DNA of 59,953 nucleotides, filler included, from Dimargaris cristalligena (Eukaryota), in the NCBI GenBank assembly GCA_003614675.1. It is 5 parts of 5 records of this genome, joined end to end, with 100 filler letters (N's around TTAATTAATTAA, not from the genome) between each part and the next. Parts side by side here need not be neighbours in the genome. Positions count along the whole stretch, not along the records: positions 24,038 to 35,950 come from ML003074.1; 4 more parts are not named here. One strand, 5' to 3'. Below are positions 24,038 to 36,050 of this stretch, piece after piece. Each line of letters begins with the position of its first letter. Position 1 is the stretch's first letter. Position numbers and translations under genes: made by a program. The notes beneath the pieces are model-generated. The model worked only from the letters and a program-made list of their open reading frames with translations. It was not told the origin of the DNA and did no database searches.

Positions 24038-26822
24038 GGACCCTGGAAGGGAAGCGTTGGACAGCTTCAGCTTACTAAATAGTGCATTCATGGCACTGCG
24101 TTCATCATTGCCCGATTGGCGGTTAAGCAGCGTGTCCGTAGTATCAGCAACCAGATCAGCCGGGGCAGCGATGTCCGAAGTTACCGTAGACGTGCGTCGA
24201 ATAGGCGCACGCATGGCGAAGGGATCGGTCGGTGCGGGGGCCGGTTTGGCCAATTGGAATAAAGAGCTTGTGGAAGCGTCATCGCGGTTGCCAGCCAAAA
24301 TAGACGCACTGAGGCCGAGATTAGGTAGGAGTTCCTCAATGGGGGATTTGGGTACCTCCGGAGTTGACCCAGTGGTGGCGTCTAGGGAATCCATCCGATT
24401 GGCCTCTAGTAGAGCGGGTGACGCCAAGGGAGCCGAAAATGGATCAAACGAGCGGGAAGGAGCCATTGGGGTTTCTTCAAGTTCGGTGATGGTAGGGACA
24501 GCTGTGGTAGCAACTGGGGAGGACTCGGAGTAAGTCGGAGAAGGTTCCGCGGACCCCACCTTCTTGCTGAAGGGATCGAACGATCCGGTATATGGTGTCG
24601 GGGGTTCGGAAATTTCCCCGGATTCGGGGCTAGGAGTGGGCTCCCGTGACGGGGTCTCTTCCATGGGTTCAGGAGGTAAGGGAGGGTCAGTAGTCTCGGT
24701 GAACGGAGCAGCCATATCTGTAGTCGCGGTAGACTCCGCCTCGGTGGGTGGGGCGGTGTTGGCCTCGGATGCTGGTGGCGGGGGTACTTCGGGAAGAGGA
24801 GTAGGCGAGGTGAGGGCATCGGGCGAGAGTGGGTCCTGGGAAGATTCACCCACCGACCCTTTGGATTCCAGCTCTAGGGAATCATCATCCAGCAATAGTG
24901 CTGAGCTCTGCTTGCCCTTGGCATCAACTTTGCTGGCGTGCTTACTACTGAGACGAGTGCTGAGTTTGAGAGTGGGTTTAGTCTCAGACTTAGCCTCCTT
25001 AACGGTGACGGGGCTTGGTACGGGTTTGGCCCGGGCCTTAGCGGCAGTATTCCGCTCGGAGACCTTGAGGCTACTGGCCCGGTCCCTCTCTTCAGCTAGT
25101 GGGGACGCCTTGCCGGGCGGTTTTAGGCCACCGACGCGAGCCCAAGAGGCAGTAGGAGGTAACGCAGATCCTGTACATCAAGTATTTTATGAAAATAGTA
25201 GCAAAGGGGGTAACATTGGGTTAGAATAGTACAGTCTGAGTCAACATTGTACCGTATTACAAATGACAGCAGTAAAACAAAAACGCCTTCGCTAAATCAG
25301 TACCTTCGCTGGATGATTTGGAATCGACACTGGCGGATAATTCAGGGGCACGGGGCTTGTCTTTGATGACGGATGCCAAGCTGACTGTCATTGGTTTCCG
25401 GGAAGGCGACGTAGGGGTGCGGGGCTCGGGGGGTTGGCGTTTGAGGGCGGGGAAAAGTGTGGGGGAGGTGATCGAGGGGACCTTGCCCAGGGCCTGGGTT
25501 TTGCCGCCCCGACTTTGAAAAGCGCGGTTAATCAGAGGGAAGCAGGTAAGTGATACACATAAATAAGGGTGAGGATGAGTATGCGTTGGCTCTAAAATGG
25601 GTGCATGCACTTTACGAGTCGTTCAACCAGGGGAGTGGGTGTTCGGGCGTATAGTACCTACCCAGAAGCGAGATCTTCTTTGGTGTAGCTATCGGCTTCC
25701 TGACCGGGCTCGTGGAGATACATGCAGTTGGGGTTCTGGCAGGGGATGTGTCTTAAGTAGTATGTACAGTACTTGGTGGTTCCGAATGTGGCTCTAAAGA
25801 GGTGCAGGGAATATGAATAGAAGGTGAAGAAGAACAGATCAGAATGACGGGTGGGGGGTTAAATACAGACAGTTCGGATTAATAACAGAATTGAATATGG
25901 GAAACGGAGGGCGGACAGGCAGGGCAGTGGGATGATACCGGTGTTTACGAGTCACCTACTTGAGCGGTTTGCCGTCCGATAAACTTCCATCGACAGCAGT
26001 AATCGCCCGGGCGGCATCGTCCTTACGGGCATATGTGATATAAATACCGTAGTTAACATTCTGGGCGGAACTACCCGACGAGCTGGCGCCGGTGGTTGGT
26101 TGATTCAGCCGCTTGTTGATGACCACTTTGGTAATTTTACCGAACTGGCCAAAGTACTCGTGCTGCCGAAGAGTTTCTTCGTTGGCTAAACGGGGACTTA
26201 GGCCAATCACATAGACCAAATTCTTTTGGACGACTCTCATATTTTGCAGCTGTCGGCGGTTGGCGGATTCGGCTTCTTTTTTCTCTCGTGCCTTGGCCCG
26301 TTTGGCGTTTCTTATCCGGGCCATTCTGAAAGGGAGGGAGAGAGGGGGTTGGGTAAAAAACAACAGCAAAGGATAAATTAGAGATAAGTACGGGCGAGTT
26401 GGTCGTGTGGGGCATGCTACAATGAAGTTCGTGGAGGCAACGTATAAACAGGAATGGCATACTCTTCAGGGGTAATCGGGGTAAACTGGACGGTTTGCTC
26501 GGAGTAGAGTCGACGGCAAGCAGGGCATTTGTCATTGAGTTCCTCTTTGATGTGATGCCAGCAGAACCGGCAGATCTAGACGCGAATTAGCGAGACGGGA
26601 TTGAGAGGCATAGGAGACGGGGGGAGGTAGACGTTTGGATTAGATTGAGGTACAAGTGGGCTTAGCGGTCGGCAGTTATTCCTTCGCTAGAAAGCGCTTG
26701 GAAATAGGTGAGAGGGACAATTGCCTTACCTGATAGCCACATTCGCAGGGCTTGAAGCCCCGGTCGGACAGGTCCATTTCCTCTAAACAGAGGGGACAAT
26801 CCCAATCTTCTCGGTCGGACAT
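24038..26822 (-). CDS. NOT4: CCR4-NOT subunit Not4 (RING E3 ligase + RRM + CCCH); exons 26730-26822, 26463-26575, 25960-26325, 25662-25793, 25304-25512, <24038-25170; 3' truncated
   Basis: Spliced manually with consistent intron phases: MSDREDWDCPLCLEEMDLSDRGFKPCECGYQ|ICRFCWHHIKEELNDKCPACRR (C4C4 RING), RVVQKNLVYVIGL...YFGQFGKI (RRM), ATFGTTKYCTYYLRHIPCQNPNCMYLHE (CCCH), GSALPPTASWA. The exon 5 acceptor (AAG) is less certain. Confidence 0.93.
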
Positions 26823-27396
26823 GATGAGGGGGATCGGTGAATAAACAGGTGGGCTGTATAGCGGATAGATGAACGAAAATGAGAGTGTAAGCCTTGCTGA
26901 GGCTGTGCGAAAGGATGTGTGTGTGCGTGTGTGTAGGGGGGGGTGGTTAGGTTAGACGAAGTGGAGTGGGCCGAAGGTGAACAAGAAAAGTTCCCAACCC
27001 CAGACGAGTGCGGCGGGTAGGTCTACGGCACACGGAGAGATGGAAGGGTAAGGGTTATATAGAGGGGATCTATCTAAAGAGATGAAGTATAATCGGATGG
27101 GGAGGAAGGAATAGAAAGAGAGGGAGAGAGACAGGAATAAGTTAACGGGATGGGACAATCCGATAAACAAGGGAGTGGAATCAGCCAGTCCTCTCTTCCT
27201 TCTATTTGAAAAGGTCACAAGCCTTACAAGGGTGACTCTCTTCTACTATATGCTAGGTCTATATGATACATACAAGCCGCATTATGGCTCACCCACGTAT
27301 CTCGGTACTGAATAGTGTGCGGGGCGGAGGTTATCGAAGCAGTCGGGGTTTCTATGCTCCTCCCCCCTTCAAGGTACCCTCCCCCTTCTATAGCTT

Positions 27397-27418
27397 TCTC
27401 TCTCTCTCTCTCTCTCTC
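27397..27418. repeat. (CT)n microsatellite
   Basis: Uninterrupted tctc run seen directly. Confidence 0.7.
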
Positions 27419-30400
27419 ATTTTATTAAAGCAAGGCCATGTGGAGCAACTAGTACCCCCTCGATTGCTCAGGATATACTAGTTGTGGCGCCTGCTCCACG
27501 CAGCATTAAAGGCCGCTTTGTAAAGGGGAGGAAGCAGTCCAGTACCAGGGTACCCGACTTTCTGCTAAAACAGGTTAAGCTATTGAACTCTTTGCTGACC
27601 GAGTCTGGGGCCATGGAACCAAGGCCAGCTCTTGTTAATTCTCTATTTACCTTACTCGCCCAACCCCAGGGTCTAACGAGGAGGGGACACTGCGCCGGGG
27701 GTTGGACGGTCGTACAAACAAGCCGGCGGCCTGGGGTTTCTTTCGGTTAGCATAACTAGACAAGGGCTACTTACTTAAGTTGAATGTACTTCCTGCCCCC
27801 AGCTAGACATTCAAATGGAGGGGGGGTAGAGACAATGAGTGCCGAAAAGAAAGTCAAGCTAGTATTAATTTCAAACTTAAGTACAAAGAGAGTAGCCGGG
27901 GGACTATTACTATATGCCCTTGAGGAGGGCATATAAAGAAGATTCCTATCACCACTGCTGGCTTAGGGTGACGTACTTCACATTCACCCATGTGTATATA
28001 GGTGAGTGTGAGCGATTTCAGGAACTCCAGTATCCCTTTGTCGTTGCTCCATTAATCCAGGGCATTTGGCTTTTAGATGGATTGCTACGAAAGAGCCTTT
28101 GGCAGTTGTTGGGTGAGGAACCCACCTGCCTACTTGGTGGTAGGACGCCCCAGTTCTCAGCTCCATAAGGAGGGGTATAAGAAGATAATGGTGCCGCCCG
28201 ATTTGGTCGTTGTTGGGTTCACGGTTCGGATAAATTTACCCGCATTTCCGAGTACCGCCCCTCATCATAGTTTCATTATTGACTTTGACCCAACATTGTG
28301 GTCAATTTTAGGGATGGTCAATTGGGTATGCGGTGGCGATTATTGGACACTAAGCGGCCATTGTGCTCCTCCATACACCTCCCGTGCCGGCATGTTCATT
28401 TCATTCAGGGGATGCACCGATAAGAAGTGGGGGGAGATTCGGAAAATTCACCCTTCCCTAGTGCCTATGGCAGGTGCACTCGACCTTAGTCTTATGCGGG
28501 AAAAGAGGGGGAAGAGAAAGAAGTGAATGTATTACTACTGCCTCCACACCTCTTCGAATACTATTCGCGGAGAAGACCACAGCAGCTCTTGTTACTGTTG
28601 GCGACCGCATGTCCATCCTTTTACAGAGGGAGATATTCCATGAATAGCTTGGTCAAACCGCTGTATCACAGTGGCCGTTGGACTAGCCATCGCTAAACCA
28701 TCTCGCTGGTCTACCATGAATTGCCGCCAGAGTTGGCCTCCCGCTTGTTTTCCGCCGACCATGAGATCTTTTGCTCGCCCTACCCCCCTCCCCTATAATT
28801 GGTGGCAGATGTACCGTATGGCCACCAACCTAACTAACTATTCAGCGAGACTAATGGATGTACTTGGGTGAAAAGGACCAAGGGAGAGGGAAAAGTTGGC
28901 CTCCCCCCTCGCTGAGGATTGGAATGTATTCTCCGAATTCTTCAAGCATAGTGGGTAGACCTGTTGGAGTGGCTTCGCGGTATACGCACCACCACCAATG
29001 CGCTTTGGCCACGGCCCTTTCCCGTCAATGCCACGGCCCGCTGCATTATCAGCGACTAAAAGAAACCCTTACTCCGTTAGTTTCCGTTTTCTTTGGCCCG
29101 GCCATCAGACATTGGGTTTATAAATGCCGCTTGTTTCATTGGTGGTATCCATCGATGGATGTCCGCTAATTACGCACCCACTAGGCCAACAGTCTTGATA
29201 AGCAATTATTGCAACGCACTCATCGACCCCAAGGCAGACTGGGGCATTGCCTACGATGAGATCTCCCGGAAATAGTTACCCATTTAGGGTCGATTTGACC
29301 CCCTATTCTTTCGGGGGATATTCCAATAATTATAATGGTGAAACTCTGGGTACGTCAAATATGCTGTCAATAGGGCGGCCATCGATGGGTAACTATAGTA
29401 TATCCATCGAACACCCTCTCCCCCCAAGGGACATTCAGTTGTAGCGCAATGCTAACCAAGTGCTACCTGAGATGGCCTTGGTGGCTTTCGTACCACCCCT
29501 ACTGCGGTTACTACCCCCCAAACTGATAAAAACGGTTTTTTCATCTTCAATATAGTGGGCTAGTAGGACTTGGCAGATAACTCAAATACAAAACCTCGTT
29601 AACTGGGCTACTTCCATATTAGCATCGACTAGCGGCCGCTTCCTCTTCCTAGAAACCTCGAGATTGTATTAATTTTCATTGACTTAGGCGGCCGTCGATG
29701 TCTGTCAGGCTGTGTCTATTCCTGACTAGATACCCTTAATGACACCTGGATAGTTGTCATCGGTGTTTAGTTGCCCACCGAGCAACCGCCGATACTATGG
29801 CAAGACATTCAACATCCCTGCTATGAGCAGTGCCGCTGCCGCATGTTTGGAGGTCGCTTATAAAATGTAAAGCACTGGGAAATGCCTTCAATATGACAGC
29901 CCCGCCCCTATTCCCATACTGCTCTCTTAATTCACGGTTTAAGCTGGGAAATCTACGGTAGAGCGGTCTATAGCCTAACTCTTCTTCCTACAATGGGCGA
30001 CAGGGAGGGGAGTTGGTCCCATATCTGTCAATTTCTTCTAACGCGGCCTTGTTGCGCCAAGGGTAACTGTTTGGGACCGAAGCACTTGATACACTTCCCT
30101 CCGGGACCACACCTGCCTCTTCTACGAATGGCAATGATTCATTTTAAAAGGGGTAAACGAGGAAGAGAAAGTCGCTGGCTCACCTATTTGGGTGACGCCT
30201 CGAGAGGGTTGTCCAACCACTAGGAATGAGGGGAAAGGTCGATGTTTCGAAGGAGGACCCGATTCTTGTATTACTTCCTGTTTGCAAAAATAGTTTTTTG
30301 CGCCGGTATATTATAATAGCCGGTACCGATGGACGAGACTTGCTTGCGCCCCACTATTACAATATACCCAACTGACTGGCGGTCAATGTAATGCCCATTT

Positions 30401-30501
30401 CGCAGCGGAGGAGGAGGGGGGGGGGCAGCAAAAATTATTTACCCGGCCTCATGGACGGAAGTGGGGGTGAGGGGTAGTAATAGGGCCTGGCCCCGTTCGA
30501 G

Positions 30502-30508
30502 TATAAAA
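30502..30508 (+). promoter_or_regulatory. TATA box of the GPI-protein gene
   Basis: TATAAAA ~160 nt upstream of ATG 30665, followed by a pyrimidine-rich leader. Confidence 0.5.
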
Positions 30509-30664
30509 GCACCTCCATGTCCCTAGAGTCGGAGTAGTTACATTAGCCCCAGTCATTTCTCTCTCGTTTCGCTTTAGATCTTTTCCTTGCCTTTTAGTGG
30601 TCCTGTCCCCAATTTTGTAAATTTTATCGAAAAACCCCCTTTTCTCCCTTTTACATTTACAACC

Positions 30665-31465
30665 ATGAAGCTGACTCTCTTCTCCGCTCTCACTGTTCTG
30701 GCCGCTGCTGCCGCTGTTTCAGCTTCCCCTCGCCCCACTGAAGCGGCCGCCGCCGGTACTGCGGCTCCTACTTCCGTCGATGTGGAAAGTTTCCTCAGCC
30801 AGCTGTCCGCCGAGGATAAGCAGCGCATCAACACGCTGCTTCAGCAGAACCCTGATACTGCTGCTGCCGTAGCTCAGGCCCAGGAAGTGCTCCCAGCTCA
30901 GATTGGAACTCGAGTGGGAGAGGTCGTCGTGGACCAACAACAGCAGCAGCAGAAGTCACAAACCACTTCCTCCGCGATTGCAGTTCCCACTAGCAACGGT
31001 GCCAGTCTAGCATCGGTCCGCCAGGCCAGCAACGTGGCCGCCGTTAGCCCAACCGACGCCAACGCCAACGCCTGCTCACTCGAACCCGGTACGGCCGCGG
31101 CCGCTTGCATCCAGCAGGTCGCCCCGGTGGACGATACGTGCGAGTTGCTCAAGACCCAGCTCAAGTGTATCCAAGCGTGTCCCTCCAATACCGAAGGTGG
31201 CCAGCTCTTCGCGGCCAAGAACCAGGAGGTCCAGCAGTTCTGCCCTAACTCAACCACCACCAGAGCCCAGAGTTCGGCCACGTCGAGTGCTATTGCCACG
31301 CGGGTGGCTACTTCCTCCGGACCCTCCCGCACGTCCCGTAGTACCCAGACGGCGTCCGAAACGGACGTGGATTCCAACGATAATGCCGCTGGTCAGCTCA
31401 ATGTTTCTTTCCTGGCCTTCACGCTGGCCCTAGCCCCCGCTGTCCTGGCCTTCCTGTCGTCATAG
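30665..31465 (+). CDS. Secreted, probably GPI-anchored cell-surface protein (266 aa) with 6-Cys domain and Ser/Thr stalk
   Basis: Signal peptide MKLTLFSALTVLAAAAAVSA in an aaccATG context, six clustered Cys, S/T-rich stalk, and C-terminal small-residue omega region plus hydrophobic tail (DNAAGQLNVSFLAFTLALAPAVLAFLSS). Confidence 0.82.
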   Translation: MKLTLFSALTVLAAAAAVSASPRPTEAAAAGTAAPTSVDVESFLSQLSAEDKQRINTLLQQNPDTAAAVAQAQEVLPAQIGTRVGEVVVDQQQQQQKSQTTSSAIAVPTSNGASLASVRQASNVAAVSPTDANANACSLEPGTAAAACIQQVAPVDDTCELLKTQLKCIQACPSNTEGGQLFAAKNQEVQQFCPNSTTTRAQSSATSSAIATRVATSSGPSRTSRSTQTASETDVDSNDNAAGQLNVSFLAFTLALAPAVLAFLSS

Positions 31466-32311
31466 TTTGGCAACAAATTAAAGATGCTCTCCCTGTTTTC
31501 TTTCGCTTCTTGTCCTTTTTGTTTTCTAAAACTACAACTACAATTACAAACTATGCTAGTTTGAAATTTAACTATCCTTTAGGTTCGATCTAGCCACTTA
31601 ACCCCTTTTTTCTTATGGCTTTGGCGACGACATGATGTTCCAGGGGAACTCTGCTTCGTTGTCCATGATAAATAGCTCTAGCGACTTTATATGTATATAA
31701 CCCGGTCACCTTCGCCACCCTCTATATCACCTTTTGCCTGTTTCTACTTTTGGTGACGCGCCTTTTTACGGCTGATTCACATTTGTTTATCAATTTCTCT
31801 CTTATCCTCCGATATTTTCCATCGTTACGTATATAAATACAAGTACATAGCCCAGCGTTGCAGGCAAAAAGACGAGTATAGGGAATAGTCTAAGGAACTT
31901 AGCTGGATTTCAGGGCCTAATAATTAGTAGTCGGTGGACGAGTATATCCTATAGACATGGTAAATATATAAAAGACGTAATGTTTAACATCAGCTGGGGC
32001 TTCCTCAACCCGTGCGCTGATTGGATACAGTGGCTTGGTATTTTAGGTATGTAGGGAGTGTGTGGGACCCGCCATCCCCCTCTCCCTCTATATACCTATG
32101 CCAGCGGAGTCTACGCCCTATGTATTGGCGGAGGGGAATCAAAGCCCAGAGAGCAGCCCAGTGGTGGGATAGAATATACGCTTGGTTCTAGGCTCAGTAC
32201 TCCTCTTTTATTACCTCAGCCTTGATCACTTTGCCCACCATTTCAGTTCCTTTTCACTCCCCCACTTTGTTTGTTGCTCCCTAAATTCTTCCCACTTCCC
32301 CTCATTGCAAG

Positions 32312-34456
32312 ATGGTAAGTTCATCTATCTGCGATCTCGATAACCTGTCTTTTCCCCCCAACAAGACAGTGTCCGAGTCCTGGAGCTTCGTCGAGGATTC
32401 CACCGTTGGTTTGGTTCGTAGTTGACGGATCGTCGCGCCGGTCTGCGTATACCCGATGTTTATGGGTTATTTTCCCTTTGAATCGTCGAAATGGAACTAC
32501 TGAGCGGCCCATCCAGAGTGCCAGCAATTTGATTCCCAGGTCCTCTTATTAATGTGGAGTATATGGCTCGGTTCATTTTTGGCCAATTCCCTAGTATCGG
32601 ACCTTTCTAATATATATTCCCCTTCCCCACTTATACGGTCTCTCTGCTCGGATTCGATTTTGACAGTCGCTAGGTCCCGTTCAGATTTTTGGTGAGGAAG
32701 CCTACCAAGAGCGCGCCGAGAATGCCCGCCTTGTAAGTATATATATCTATTGCCTATTGTATACCGAGAGCTATACCCACTCACCTTATTTATCCAGGCT
32801 CATTTTGGCCATTTGAAATCCCCCGCTTTGATGTCCTTTGACATCACTGGTCACGGCGAGTAGCCCTCCCATTTCCTTACTGAACCCCACCTCGTATTTT
32901 TTGTCTGGCGCCTAATTATGTTCGTAATCTGTATAACCTAGTCAAATATCATCGGGGCCATTGCCGTGGGTGACCTCGTCAAAAGTACCCTGGGACCCAA
33001 GGGCATGGACAAGATCCTCCAGTCCGGCAGCAGCGGTGAGATGCTGGTGACCAACGACGGTGCCACCATCCTCAAATCCATTGCCCTCGACAATGCGGCG
33101 GCTAAGGTGCTGGTGAATATCTCCAAGGTCCAAGACGATGAGATCGGCGACGGTACCACCTCCGTCTGTGTCCTGGCCTCGGAATTCCTGCGCCAGGCTG
33201 AGGCGCTCATTAACCAGAAGATCCACCCCCAGACCATCATCGATGGCTACCGTATTGCCTCGAAGGCCGCCTATGATTCCCTGGAAAGCTCCGCTCTCGA
33301 TCACTCCAGCGACGAGGCCGCGTTCCGCAAGGATCTCATCAACATCGCCCGTACCACCCTGTCGTCCAAGGTCCTCAGCCACGACAAGGAGTACTTCTCC
33401 AACCTCGCCGTCGATGCCGTTCTGCGCCTGAAGGGCAGCACCAACCTCGAGCACATTCAGATCATCAAGAAGGTCGGTGGTCGTCTCACCGACTCGTACC
33501 TCGATGAGGGTTTCATCCTGGACAAGAAAATCGGAGTCAACCAGCCCAAGCGGATCGAAAACGCCAAGATCCTGATTGCCAATACCCCCATGGACACAGA
33601 TAAGATTAAGATTTTCGGAGCCCGCCTTAAGGTCGAGGCCACCGGCAAACTGGCCGAGTTAGAACGGGCCGAGCGGGAAAAGATGCGCCAAAAGGTCCAG
33701 AAGATCCAGGCCCACGGTATCAACTGCTTCGTCAACCGGCAGCTGATCTACAACTGGCCCGAGCAACTGTTCGCCGACGCCGGTGTGATGGGCATTGAAC
33801 ACGCCGACTTTGACGGTGTCGAACGTCTCGCCCTGGTTACAGGGGGTGAGATTGTGTCCACCTTTGACCACCCCGAACTGGTCAAGTTGGGCCACTGCGA
33901 CCTGATCGAAGAAATCATCATCGGGGAGGACCGTCTGATCAAATTCTCCGGCGTGGCCGCGGGTAAGGCCTGCACCATTGTGCTGCGCGGTGCCACCAAC
34001 CAACTCCTGGATGAGGCCGAGCGTTCCCTCCACGACGCCCTCAGCGTGCTGTCCCAAACCGTCAAGGAGCCCCGGACCGTGCTGGGTGGCGGATGTGCCG
34101 AAACCCTCATGTCCAAGGCCGTGGATGCCCTGGCCGCCACTACCCCCGGTAAACAGGCCGTCGCCGTGGAAGCCTTCGCCAAGGCTCTCCGGCAGATGCC
34201 CACCATTCTGGCCGATAACGCCGGTTTCGACAGCTCCGATCTCGTGGCTAAACTGCGGGCCGCCCACTACGACGGGGATGCCCGGGCCGGTCTTGATATG
34301 GTGAATGGCTGTATCGCGGACATGCAGACCCTCGGGATTACCGAATCGTTCAAGCTGAAACGCCAGGTGCTACTGAGTGCCTCGGAAGCCGCCGAGATGG
34401 TACTCCGTGTCGACGACATTATCCGCTGCGCCCCTCGCCAACGTAACCAGGTGTAG
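32312..34456 (+). CDS. CCT2: T-complex protein 1 subunit beta (CCT2), 527 aa; exons 32312-32314, 32667-32732, 32942-34456
   Basis: Spliced N-terminus [62 protein letters not shown] and the C-terminal [12 protein letters not shown] typical of CCT beta. Confidence 0.97.
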
Positions 34457-35950
34457 AAACCCTAAAATTTGTGCCCGAAATATTTCCTGTTGTTCTCTCT
34501 TTTCTTCCCTTTTCTTTTTGCGGAAGTCGACCTCTCTAATTCAAAAATAAAAACGGGTCCTTTCGCCCGTCTTGATAAGCAGGGGGCCGTTTTTCAACCT
34601 TCTTTAGCAGCTCTTCCCTATGCGAATGTTATTTTCACCAATTGGATGGTCTTCGTTTTATTCTGAATTAATTATCATCTCGCCTCAAATCTAGGCAAAC
34701 ACACAAAGAATACGGTTAACCGAGCTATACCATGAAAAATCAGTGTGGTGAGTCGACTTTACTAGTTACCAATAAAGGTTTATCATTTATTCTATCCATA
34801 GAAGATATTTGGGCTGAATTGCGTCTAATTATTACTATATCTAATTAGGGGAGAGTATGTAGTAAAAGGATGTGGCACCAGAATGGCCCGTCTCATTAGA
34901 CCTCTATTGGGTTTATTATGCAGGATAATTGGGGCTATTGTGACTAGGCCTACGACTACCCGTTTGGTTGGAACCGCTGGCCACTTGCTTTGCTGAATTA
35001 GGCGACTTTATAATCCCCTTCAACCGGCCGCCCCGTTGCCGCTATGAAAACACAAAACCCTACTTTGATTTCGTGAGTTACTTTCTATCGCTTCATCCCT
35101 TGATCTTTGATAGCAACGGTCCTTCTTTTTCCCCCTAAGATAATTGTATCGTCATTACCACCTGTTCACACCTCTTATCCACACTAAAATGATTGGAGGA
35201 TCACGCATGGCCCACCTTTTTGAATCAACAGGAAGCGGCGCATGTAATTATTCAGCGAAATCTGACAATGTACTATATATAGGGGCAGTTGACATCTCCT
35301 TCAGGTGCCTCCCGCTCTCCAGCACCACTAATTAAATTGATGATTAGAAGATAATTTTCCTGTATTGACTTATTCATAGGGCTTTATTAAGATATTGCTG
35401 ATATACGGCCTATCCAATCGCCAGATTGATCAAACCACTGATCTCAAGTTAAACCCAGTGCGGAATATTGGTATGGGAGAGGTTCAATCAGGCCGTATAA
35501 CAGAAAATCTGTCGGTTGATGTAAATATTTCTAGATAAAATTGAACCTCCCGCGTAGTTTGCCCTACACGTATCATTTATAGCATACATCTGGTCCGAAT
35601 TTCACCCATATATTTATAAAATAAATAAAATATGGTTCACTGATATTTAATAAAATCATCATGTTAAGGACGTGTTACTGCAGCGGTCGTAAAAACAATG
35701 TTGATATTCACTTTCCTGCATCAGCAACCAGTCAAAGTAAAATGAAGAAATACAAAATTAAATAAAAATTGCATAGCTAATGGAGCTTGTAGACCAAGGT
35801 CAAGGGTAGAGATACATTTAATAACTACGGCCTACTTTTTAAACATTTTGTAAGAGACTTACAAGTCAGAATCGACCGAATATGCCCACTTGTCAGTATT
35901 GTACAGTGGCAATAATTAGATTAGGGCACCGGTAAATAAGAAAATGCAAG

Positions 35951-36050
35951 NNNNNNNNNNNNNNNNNNNNNNNNNNNNNNNNNNNNNNNNNNNNTTAATT
36001 AATTAANNNNNNNNNNNNNNNNNNNNNNNNNNNNNNNNNNNNNNNNNNNN
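35951..36050. other. Artificial contig-joining spacer
   Basis: N44-TTAATTAATTAA-N44. Confidence 0.98.
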
